From positions 186,001 through 250,000 of the forward strand of contig VJWM01000179.1 of NCBI GenBank assembly GCA_010909165.1: 64,000 nt of DNA. Reading direction: 5' to 3'. Positions 23,173 through 33,499 of the stretch are shown in pieces (within the stretch, counting starts at the first letter, position 1; the number at the start of each line of letters is the position of its first letter). The notes beneath the pieces were generated by a model. That model did no database searches and had not been told where the DNA came from. It saw nothing but the letters and a program-made list of their open reading frames with translations. The position numbers and the translations under genes were made by a program. This DNA comes from Anthoceros angustus (taxonomy: Eukaryota; Plantae; Anthocerotophyta).

Positions 23173-24039
23173 CACATCCCCGGCTCCAATCCACTCCTTC
23201 ATCCGGCGGATAGAATTAGGTCATGGGGAGTGTACAGAAGAATGCCGAGCCCTGCAGCTCTTGGTCCGGAGATATGGCAGCTGGTGTTGGAGCCGTGGCA
23301 GTGATGTTTGATCGAGGGGTTGTGCTGCGGGTGAGCCCCTTTGTAAATTGCAGGCGAGGTAGGGTAGCGCGGGGCAGGGAGGTCACTCACGTTGTGAGCT
23401 TCATGGCCTCAAGGTGTACTGTTTATGTATCACTTGTAGCTTGCAGCATGCTAAGAGATAGGCTAGTTGCTTCAGGAGCTAGACCGGCATAGGCTTGGGA
23501 CGATTGCCGGCCCCATCTTAGGTGCCAGATGTTCTTGGTGTCTTCCCGATGTACATTAGCTACGCTTCTTCTAACACGGTTCAACCTCTTGCAAAATCTG
23601 TGCACTGTAATCAATACATGCAACTTGCACTTCCCTTCACCGATCCAATCCCCTCTGTGCGCCTTTCGTGGAATTTGTGTTGTTCGAGATCAAGCTGGCA
23701 GAATTGTGGCCGACCACCTGCACTTCCAGCTGCAGCAGTAACATGGCCGCCACCAGCAACATGAGCCCATCGCGAGTGTGGCACGCGCGGAATCGGTCCT
23801 CGAAAGGGGGAGGGATGAAGTTCGTGCACGTGTTAATCGACCTCCATCAGGCATCAAATGCATGCGATACTGGCGAAGTTTGCAGGCTGAGCTTACTTAC
23901 GTCGTAGCCCTTGATCATCTTGCCGGCTGCAATGCTGCAAGGGCCTGTGAATTGGTCTCCAAGGGAACCTAGGAAACCGTGGATTCCTTCCTGCAAGCGA
24001 CAAGCCACTGCACACGGAAGGTGTATGGCTTGAAGGACG

Positions 24040-24970
24040 TGGATCGATTATCACCTCCTCCTGCATGCAGATTTGCAGCATTAGAACCAGTCAGCTGAAA
24101 CTTGGCAAGGAAAACTTTGCACATCATCCCAAGATCAGGGAAACATTACGTGCCTGCTTGTTCAAGTCTGCAGGGTGTGTACTGTGTAGAAGTGTGCAGG
24201 CAGTGGACTGCAAGAGTGGAACCTCCGCACGTCAAATTGGCACCCAAATTGGTATCGCAGCCTGTAGTGGTCACAGGTCTGTGTGTCTCGGCCATTTGAA
24301 CTGTTGCGAATTGCCACCAGAACTAAGGGCTCCAGTCCACCGCTGTTGAAATCGGAGCACATCCTGGCACCAACCCTGCACACTTGCATTTCACCCATGA
24401 CACCAAGCTGGAAGGGATGATACGAGGCGCTCGGAATCAGGAGCCAGTCGTCAGCTTGAGGAAAGACGAAGAAGTTATTGATGAAGGGGGTGACAAAATA
24501 GCCATCAGCTTATGATAAAATATCAGAATGATTGTGAGTGATGAAGTTGACAGATAATTCTACAACTCCAGAAGCTTCATCGTCTAACGAATTCGTTTGA
24601 GTAATCCGCGTACTTGTCCAAGAAAGGTCTCAATTCGGGAACAGCAATATCTAGCCAAGGTTTTGCTTGGCCATTGTAATCAGTAGCAGCGGACTGTTGA
24701 CCGTTTGTGACCACTCTTCACTTGCGTCAAGAATTCCGGTCAGGAGTCAGGAGCCAGGGTCAGGAGTTCATGTAGTCTATTGACAAGCATGGGAGAGTTG
24801 GAAGAGGTCGGTGAGAACCGGAAAAGATGCTCAAGTCGAAGTGGATCGTCGACGACACACAACAATCGTAGGGGCTGGGATGTATGTCAACACCTCATTC
24901 AATAAATCACTCAACACGAGCGATGTAGACTCTGCAAACTTGCACTGCGTGGTGTGCACATCTATGTATG
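24040..24970. repeat. Copy 3 of the local dispersed repeat
   Basis: Colinear with 16050-16940, with an internal deletion relative to copy 1. Confidence 0.85.
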
Positions 24971-25618
24971 TTTATGACCCGTTTGGCGAGAGCGGCCACC
25001 GCAAACTGGCCCTGGAAGATAGGACAGCCTGCGGGTCAGTCGTCTTTCTATGAACACAGCCTGCCATGCCGCCATGCCTTTCCCGACCGTTTCCAACGTC
25101 CAACGCCGTAACGGTCAGTTGTGTTACTGCGTGGAACCAACAGATACATACAATGTAAATATACGATTTTCTGACATTTCTTATTGGGTAGCCGTTAAGT
25201 AGCCCTAACCCTGGATCTGAACCAAAAATGAATCTAAATTGCATAGTACTTACTTATGCATGGATGAGATTGGGGTAACTTTTATCCCTGTTTTATTTTC
25301 TTCTAGAGTGTAAATTTTAAATAATTATTTAAAATAATTATTTTTTTACTAACTTCTCTCTTGGTCTTGGGCTGAATTTGCCGCCTTTCCCCCTTCAACT
25401 TAAAGGCCTTTTTTGCTTGTAATCTTTCCTTTACCGCCTTCATCTCCTTGACATTCCCAACCCGAGCCCTCCCTTATCACGTCCTTAATTTCCTGTAGGT
25501 TTTCTCATTCATGTTAGCTCTCCCATGCTACTATTTAGCTTTAAAGGCCCGAGTTTGAACCTTTTAGACTCCCAGCTTGCACCCCCTGTTTCCAGCTTTC
25601 CCTCTCTCACCTCCCCCC

Positions 25619-26205
25619 TGTCGCACGAGGTAAGCACTTGAATTCATATAAGCACTTCTTCGACCAACAGCCAAGGAAACAAATCTAATACGCAAATATA
25701 TAGGTGCAACCAATAACAACAGGAGGAGGTAGCTCGCACGTCGTAGCACAAACATACTCTCCCCAGGAGAACAACACGCAAATTCCTCACACATCGCTCT
25801 CGGAGTCATAGCTTTGGCCTCCTCACAACACTCTTGCATTGCATATCTAGAGGACAAGCTATGATCTGAGCTTGTCCTCAATGGAAGAGTATATATATAC
25901 TAGACCCTGGCATCGGCATATTCCTAAGATATCCTATTGGCATCAGCATATGCCAGAAATATCCTAAGAATACACTATAATATGTAAGGAATATGCCAAA
26001 GCATATTACTTGAGCTTATCCACTTAGCTATTGTATCCTAAGAATACATTATAATATGCAAGGAATATGCCAAAGCATATTACTTGAGCTTATCAACTTA
26101 GCTATTGCTAACCATGTTTAATTAACGCTAATCAATGCTTAATTAACATAAGCATCTTAGATTAATTAACACTAATTACTCACTTAAAGATAAGTAATTA
26201 GATTA
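25619..26205 (-). repeat. 3' LTR of the DNMT-Gypsy element (U3 end truncated; internal ~73-bp tandem duplication at ~25960-26107)
   Basis: Matches 45012-45405 from TAACAACAGG to GATAAGTAATTAGATTA. It has a TATA-like TATATATA at ~25890 and the hairpin GAGGACAAGCT-n8-AGCTTGTCCTC at 25850-25879. Confidence 0.9.
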
Positions 26206-26410
26206 CCATTTTCTTCTTGCCTTATTGAGCCTGTGCCTCCTGCAGAACACTGGTTCATCCTTGATTAGTTCTATGTGGAACTTCCCTTTGGTGTACTTCC
26301 CCATCTCCGCAAGCGTGAAAGCAAACACATGTCGCGATGCCTCCAACAACTCCTTTAGCTGACGCCGTTGGTTGCTCTTCAACTCGACGCCTGTTAACCA
26401 CTCATGTAGC
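26206..26410 (-). pseudogene. N-terminal (pre-RT) portion of Gypsy reverse transcriptase, truncated against the LTR
   Basis: LKSNQRRQLKELLEASRHVFAFTLAEMGKYTKGKFHIELIKDEPVFCRRHRLN matches the typical Ty3/Gypsy protease-RT linker. It is in frame with the DNMT motifs in ORF 26203-26919. Confidence 0.8.
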
Positions 26411-26569
26411 TGTGGCTCAGATGGCTTGCATGCTTCCTCTACGCGCTCACTCTCCTTGCCCTCCAAACTCGCCTTCTCTTGTTGAGATGCGAGTGCTGGA
26501 ATGTCCTTCACCCACCGAACCCGCTGCTTCAACCTCGCCTTCTTCTGGTTTCGAAGTTGGTAAGCGACT

Positions 26570-27129
26570 CCAGCGCTAAACAACCAGGTCATCATGTTCA
26601 TGTCAAATGCTTGCCCAAGCAATCGACACCGTTCCTTCTCGGTCACTCCTCGGATCATGCCAAAATCCTCCTGGACTTGCTTCTTCACGCTCATGCATGC
26701 TGGCACATTCTCCAACATGTATCCGCAAGGCCTTTCTTGCCCTTTCTGGATCAAGCGCAAGATCCTCATCAGGTCATAGAACAATGTTGTTCGTGGATCC
26801 TTCAGACCTTGACCCTTTCCTGCAGAGGATAGTCCTTGACACTCCCAACCTGCGATGACAAGGTCCACCGGTTGCCCAAGACAACTGAAATGGGACAACC
26901 CTATCATGCGAACATCCATCGGCGCCTCGGTAACCCTTCACCGACTCCCACGCCAAGAGGTTAGGTACTCCCCATCAAGTCTCTTACGCGCTGACACAAT
27001 CCTTGCTTTTGGATCCGGGTCACAATGCACGATCTTCGCACTTTGATGCCACACTTTAGCACTGCCCAAGCCGGGATCGATGCCTCCAAAGAGTTCCACG
27101 AGCACTATGCCGCTTCCCGAGGTCGCCAT
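26570..27129 (-). pseudogene. C5 cytosine-specific DNA methyltransferase domain inside retrotransposon pol (frameshifted, apparently internally deleted)
   Basis: Motif I IVLVELFGGI, motif IV VDLVIAGWECQGLSSAG (catalytic Cys retained), motif V GLKDPRTTLF, motif VI YMLENV and motif X ERCRLLGQAFD are present. Motif VIII and the target-recognition domain are not visible. Confidence 0.88.
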
Positions 27130-27499
27130 GTGATGACCGGGTGTTTAGGTCACAAACATGTGCTCAACCCTAGGCAAGAACTTACATAGCCTCCTCAGGA
27201 CATCGGGTCCTCTTGCACCATCCTCCACAGCTTTTGCACGGCTCATTGTCAGTCACCACCACCGTCCTGAAGAACCTCCTCCGAGGGTGGTTGCAACCCT
27301 AGCTTGTCTTCCTCCTCCTCGTCGAAATCCTCCATCCGGGCCATGTTGTTAGACACACGCCAAGAGGTTCAAGCACGATGGCGGTCCTTCACTACGGCGC
27401 CAAACACCGGGTAGACGCTGGCAATGAGGTTCTCATGATCCTTGCCATGCAGGTAGAGGGATGCGGGCAATCCGTTCATGGTTCTTTTCTCCACCGGTC

Positions 27500-27860
27500 G
27501 ATAGTAGACTGCTCCGCCCACAAATCCACCATGACTCTGTTTGTACAAAGCGTCCGCTCGGCAAGACATCAAATGTGTCTGCATCTGACCAAGCAAAGGT
27601 ACCTCGACAAAGGTGAAGTCTTGTTCTTGGTTTGAATGAAACCTTCAGCTTGTACCTTGTCACCCCAACACATGCTCCGTGGTCCCACAAGGTCCGATCT
27701 TCCACTTGGTTTCCTTCAACCTTTCTTGGTGGAGACCCAACGCTTCCTTCACTCTTCTTCCAACGATCACCTACTGTGCTTGTCAATCAACACCTCCTTG
27801 GTGCGAATCCATTGATTTCAATGTGCCTCTCCCGATTGTTGACCAAAGCCACCCCACTCA
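27500..27860 (-). pseudogene. Degenerate retroviral-type aspartic protease of the DNMT-Gypsy element
   Basis: Read across small indels: HIEINGFAP-(K)EVLID..AQ.VIVGRRVKEALGL (DTG-type active site), and later DTFDVL(LG). Confidence 0.6.
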
Positions 27861-28004
27861 GTAAAGATTCCGCTTCCACGAGATGCTTGGTTCGGAGGTC
27901 AGCAATGACATCATTGCTACCTGCTGTGGCAAATCTTAGACACTTGCTTCGTCTTCAAGGGTTGTCAACATCCGCCGAGTCAAACCCCTAACTTCCTTCA
28001 TGCT

Positions 28005-31000
28005 TGTGGCGCGACTTTTGCTGACGGCCAGCCGGGCGCGCACAATCCCGTGTCGTTGTAGGAAGGAGTTCGTTCCCAAGGGAATGTGACTGCTTGCGCT
28101 GCTTCAAAGCGATTCTCGCCTTACTTTGCGTCGCTCGGTCCCAACGCACACACCTTAGTTCACGCCTAACTACTCGCGACAAACACCGCAGTGCCGATGG
28201 CTAAACGCTTAAGGACCTGTCAGGCTCTGCTCGCTCGCCTCACACCTCCGGCCCACCTCTCCACTCACACTACACTTATCGGCCTTTTAAGAAAAGACGG
28301 GGTTACATGCCCGACCTCCTCCGCTGCTCCACCGCCTCCGTCCGGAGACGCGCTCCCCAAGTCCCTCCGGCCACACGCTCCGGTCCGTTCGGCGGGCGCG
28401 GCTGGGCGAGCACGGGTCCCCGCCACCCTTCCCCGCACACCACAACACGTTAGGTCCGTCACGGGACCACGATCGATCCTCCCGAGCCGGCTCGCCGTGA
28501 CTCAGACTCACGTTATCAAGAAGACACACAAGGTCTACAAGAACGCTGCATCAACACCAAGAAAGATGATTTATTGGCAGCCCGGCCCTCTTATACTACG
28601 CCCAGTCGGCGCCTTTATTACACCCCTATTACGGTGGCCATTTCGGTATGCCTAATCGACGCCTACCATCCTATTCCTCCCCTATCTCCTTCGCCGGTGG
28701 TGGGAAGGTCCGGGTTCCGCCTTGGGATTGGTGGTCCAATCTCCGATAATTAAGCACTAATCGGATGATCCGCGAGGCGGACCTCCTTTCTCCCGAATCG
28801 CCAGTTATACGGCGGGCGGTCGACGACCGCTACCACAACGTCATCCTCCCCTGGCCGGGTCCCCTCGGTGGGGCCCATTCTCTGCTCCCCTAAGCGTAAG
28901 TCGAAGGGGCTCCTCCTTACCGCCGAGTCCGGACCTCGAGGTCCGGGTCTCGACCCCGAGCCCGAACTCCAAGGGTCCGGCTTATTTCCGAGTCCGACCG
29001 GCCGGTCCGCTCTCGGGTTCGGACCTCGTGGTCCGATATACCGGGTCCGATCCCCAAGCTCCGGACTCCCGTGGACCTCGATCGCTAGGTCCTCCTCCTT
29101 ACCCAGACCCTTGTCTTGGTTGGGTTGGCTCCCCTTGCACCCCTGCCCCCCCCCTTGGCGGATCGGGTGGTGGTGAACTTACCTTGGGGTCCGCTGCCCG
29201 CCTCCTCTTGGGGCTCCTCTCCTTGCCGTCGTCTCCAAGCAGGGCCCCTAGGGTCCCCTCGGTGGGGCCACGGATCTGCTCCCCTAGCGTAAGTCGAAGG
29301 GGCTCCTCCTTCTTGAGTCCGGACCTCGAGGTCGGTCTCGACTCGAACTGAACTCCAAGGGTCCGGCTTATTTCTGAGTCCGGCCTGGGTCCTCGTCTCC
29401 GGGTTCGGACCTCGGGGTCCGTGAATAGGTCCGTCCCCAAACTCGGACCCCTTCCGGACCTCGTCTTGCTAGGTCCTCCTCCTTACCCAGACCCTTGTCT
29501 TGGTTGGGTTGGCTCCCTTTGCACCCCCTCACCCCTTCCGGATCGGGTGGTGGTGAACTTACCTTGGGTCCTGCGTCCCGCTCCTCTTGGGGCTCCTCTC
29601 CTTGCCGTCGTCTCCAAGCAGGGCCCCTAGGTCCTGTCTTGTCCCGTGCCCTTCTTCCCCTCCGAGCCTGGGTCCGTATTGCGGGCCGAGGCCTCTACCG
29701 CCAGGAGCTCGGTGTGGTAATAGGCAAAGTCCGAATCCACTTGTGGATTGCCTCTTCCACGCGCCCGAGCACCATACTCCCTTCGCCATAGGTGCTCCGG
29801 AGCCGAGCCTCTGCCGCTTGTTGCTCCACCTCCCGCCAAGTTTGATAGCCGGAGCCGGGCCGCGAGGTCGCAGGCGCCTGCCACCTCCCCGCCGTTGCTC
29901 CACTTGCTCCAACTCCTCCGCCTGCTCCGCCACCTCCCGCCATAGCCGCGTTCCTTCAAACTTCCTCGGTGCTTCTTATACCTTCCGGCGCCCTCGCCTC
30001 TTTGTCCATTCCGTTAACTCGCCATCTCCCGCCTCCCTCCACGGCCGCAACACGCCAGAGCGGCTTCACCCAGCCTTTCCATCTCGGCGTCACGCTCCTG
30101 TTCCATCGCCCCTTCACTCCGTCCAGCAGGCCGGGCCGCTCTATTTCCGGTCGCGTTCGCGACCATGTCCTGACTACCATTCCTCTCAATGATAGTTTGA
30201 GCCGCAGCCCAAAGTCTCCTTGCGGTCCTCCATCTCCCCGCCGCTGCTCCACCTCCCGAGCCGAGTCCGAGATCCTCCATCTCCTTGTCGCGAACTTCTT
30301 GGCCTGGCCGTCCGGCTTGCTCCGCCACCTCCCCGCCATCTTCGTGCGAGGAGGCTATCTCCGCCAAGTCTGGATTCTCCCATTGAGAATTCCTTGCTTG
30401 CTCAAGCGTCTTGGGTTGTAACTCCAAGGTGTCCTTCTTGTCCTCCAACTCCTGCCGCCTCCCTTCTACCTCCTGCAGTGCACAGGGTCCCGATTTCCCG
30501 GGTCTTGGCCTCCAGGACGGCTTCTGCGCTTGCTCCGCCACCGCCGGCCTTCGCCGTGGCTCTCTCGGCCTCCCTCCACCGGTTCGATCACGCCGATAGT
30601 GATCGCGATCGGCCGCCGTGGCCTCCGCCTCCTTGGCCACCTTCACGAGCCTCTCGGCTTGGCTCGGGCTTCCCTCCTTGGCCACCTTCACGAGCCTCTC
30701 GGCCGCCGTGGCCTCCGCCTCCTCTTGGCTCCTCCGCCTCAGAGGTCCTCCGCCGCTGGGCCTCCTTGGCTGCTTGGTCCTCGGTGAAGGAATTTAGTCC
30801 GGTCCTTGCGGATGGACGGACCTCCCTCTCGCCTCCCGGCGCTTCCTCTCAATCCGGCCGAGCTTGGCCTTCCTTGCCTCACAGGCTCCCTCCAGCTGCT
30901 CACGGAGTACCATGCGCCTCGGGTGGCTTCTACCTCCGGGTCTTGGCCTCCAGTGTTTATGCGGCTCGTCGTGCTTGCTCATGCCACTGCTCGGCCTTGG

Positions 31001-33385
31001 CGTGGCTCTCTCGCCTCCCTCCACCGGTTCGATCACGCCGATAGTGATCGCGATCGGCCGCCGTGGCCTCGCCTCCTTGGCCACCTTCACGAGCCTCTCG
31101 GCTTGGCTCCCTCCACGGTTCGATCACGCCGATAGTGATCGCGATCGGCCGCCCGTTACGCTTGCGCCCGGGCCCTCACTTCTGCTGCGCTCGCCCCACT
31201 GCGAGGTCCTCGCGCTTGGGCCTCCTTGCCTTGCTCCTCCGGTGAAGGAATTTAGTCCGGTCCTTGCGGATGGACGGACCTCCCTCTCGGCCTCCCGTTT
31301 CCCTCCTCAATCCGGCCGAGAGCTTGGCCTTCCTTCTGCCTCACAGGCTCCCTCCAGCTCACGGAGGTACCATGCGCCTCGGGTGGCTTCTACCTCCACA
31401 GGTCTTCTCGGCCATCCCAGAGACTGTGAGCATACCGTCCATGACGGTAGCTGTGACCCGTGTTTCTTCCACGGCCGCCGTGAGGCTCCCACAAAGTCCG
31501 TGGCGGGGCCGGCATCTCACGGTCCGCCAAGGACCTCCATACCGCTGTCCGAGTAAGTCGGTGGGTTCTCGGACCTAATCGGGACCCTTAGGTCCCGAGG
31601 CCGAGCCCCGAGCTTCCTTGGCCCTTTTGGCGCGAGCTCCTTCTCGCCCTTTTCTCCACAGGGCTCGGAGGAGGTGAGGAGTCCGGAGCAAGCCTTTGCC
31701 CCTTCACATCGGCAGGACCCGGCTCAGTGCGGGCTGCAGTGTCCTGCTCCACAGGCGCGTCCCTTTACGCCCTCCTTGCTTCCTCGCTTCTTGCCACTCA
31801 GGTGGGCGGGGTAGAATCTTGGCACCGGCCGGGGTGCAGCGTTGGTAGCCGTGGTCTTGCGTCTCTTGGCTCCCTCACAGTCGTGAGGCTCCTCGGTAGG
31901 AGTGGTGGCAGTGGCGTGGGTCGGGGCAGCTTCTGCGGCCACTCTGGTTGGGGCACGGGAGGAGGGAATGAATTCCCATACTTCCACAGGTGGTGAGGGG
32001 TCCGTTCAGACGTATGGAGTCGGAATCCTCGATCGTCCTCCTCCGGGTCCGTTTGGCTTTGACGATCGGCCTCCTCCCTCGGCGCCCTTGCCGCTCCACT
32101 TGGCGGGGCCTCGGTCCTTTCGGGCGCTCGCTCAAGCTCTCCTTCCTTGAGGAGCTCGAAATGCCCCATACATGGATCGGTATGGGGACAGCCCAGATGG
32201 CGAGGCTTCTCGGTCCTGAGCTTGCGAGCCTCCTGGCTAAACCGGGCGAAGATAATCCTTCCCCGTCGCCCTCTTCCCATTGCGGCGCGCGGGAATACCA
32301 GATTATCACCAAGGTGATCCACCTTGGTGAGTAGGTTCGATGGACAATGATCCGGGCTACCGCCCTTACTCGACCGTCCAACATGGATATCACCAACCGT
32401 TGGTGGTCCGCTGGCCCTGTGCCTTAGCATCGGCTGGCCCTATCTTCCTTCGCCTTGAGGGCTCGGCACCCTCCCCTCTTCCTCCTTTGGGCGGTTGTAG
32501 GCGCCTCGGGACCTCAAGGTCCATCGCCTTGGGTCCTCCGGAGGTTCTTGGACCGCACCTCCTTATTGACCGCCACAAGATCTTCCGGCGAACTCCGGAC
32601 GGTGACACTGTCCGTCCATCCGAACACATCCAAATGCCACTCCTGCACCAATTCTCCCGCCTCGGAGCCAGGCCCAAAGTCCGGATAGCGCGGGTCACAA
32701 TGTTGCGCTCCACAAGGTTCCATGGCTCCCAAACTTCCGCAGGCTTTTGGGTGCCATCGCCTTCTCCTCCTTGCCGAGCCGCTTGTCGGAGACACCGCAC
32801 GCTGCGCCGCGCTCGCTCCGACCAACGGTGAGCCGCTGCCAAGACGCCCGAGTGTCCCACGAGATACCGCGAGCGGTTGCGGGCGCGAGATCGCGAATTG
32901 TCTCGAGGTCGCAGAAATGACCTTCTTCGCCGCTTCGGGAGTAACTGGGCGGAGGGCGCCTTCTCGTCCAGAATCGCCGAGGTCTCGCATGGCTTATTCT
33001 CGACCTTACGCCTCCGCTTACTCGCCTTACGCCACGCTGCCTTACGCCGCCAGCGCGCGTGAATACTGCTATAACGGCCTCGCAAGGTTACGGTCTGGCG
33101 GTGCATGCCGTCCTCCACTCGGTCGCCCACGTGGCGCCCGTCCGCTCCACTCAACTAAGTTACTTTCCTGGCGTACTTATCACCTGGTCACAGGTGGGTC
33201 GGACTTATCCTGCTACTCCGCCGCCATAGTAGGTCGTGCGTTCCTCACTCCGGTCGGAGTATACTCCGAGTGCCGTCCGAGTGCTATCCATGCTTATTTC
33301 CCCTTTTTCGCCTCATTTTATCCTTACTCCTACAAAAAACAAAACCCTACCTAATTTCTAACCCCAAGGAAGTCCGTAGTCCACA
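28005..33385 (-). repeat. 3' LTR (~5.4 kb) of the nested element, with internal duplications (~28860-29610 and ~30560-31390)
   Basis: TG...CA termini (TGTGGC...GTCCACA), colinear with 38536-42845. A TATAAG on the minus strand lies near 28590. Confidence 0.88.
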
Positions 33386-33398
33386 TACTCCCTTCTCA
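33386..33398 (-). promoter_or_regulatory. Polypurine tract of the nested element
   Basis: The minus strand reads GAGAAGGGAGTA immediately before the TGTGGAC start of the 3' LTR. Confidence 0.8.
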
Positions 33399-33499
33399 CT
33401 GCATGCCTCCGCCAACACTAAGCGTGGTACTTTTCACCGCCACCGCTCACCCGAGGCGCACCACCATCCAACCGCCGTCGAACGGACCCATTGGGGTAT

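Noticed and set aside
26570-27129. Bacterial contamination or a restriction-modification system as the source of the methyltransferase
   Set aside because: The DNMT motifs are in frame with the Gypsy pre-RT region and lie between LTRs. No bacterial operon or nuclease is nearby.
29500-33150. Calling the LTR-embedded ORF an env gene
   Set aside because: I cannot see a convincing signal peptide or transmembrane segment in the frameshifted sequence, so it is left as an unknown coiled-coil cargo.
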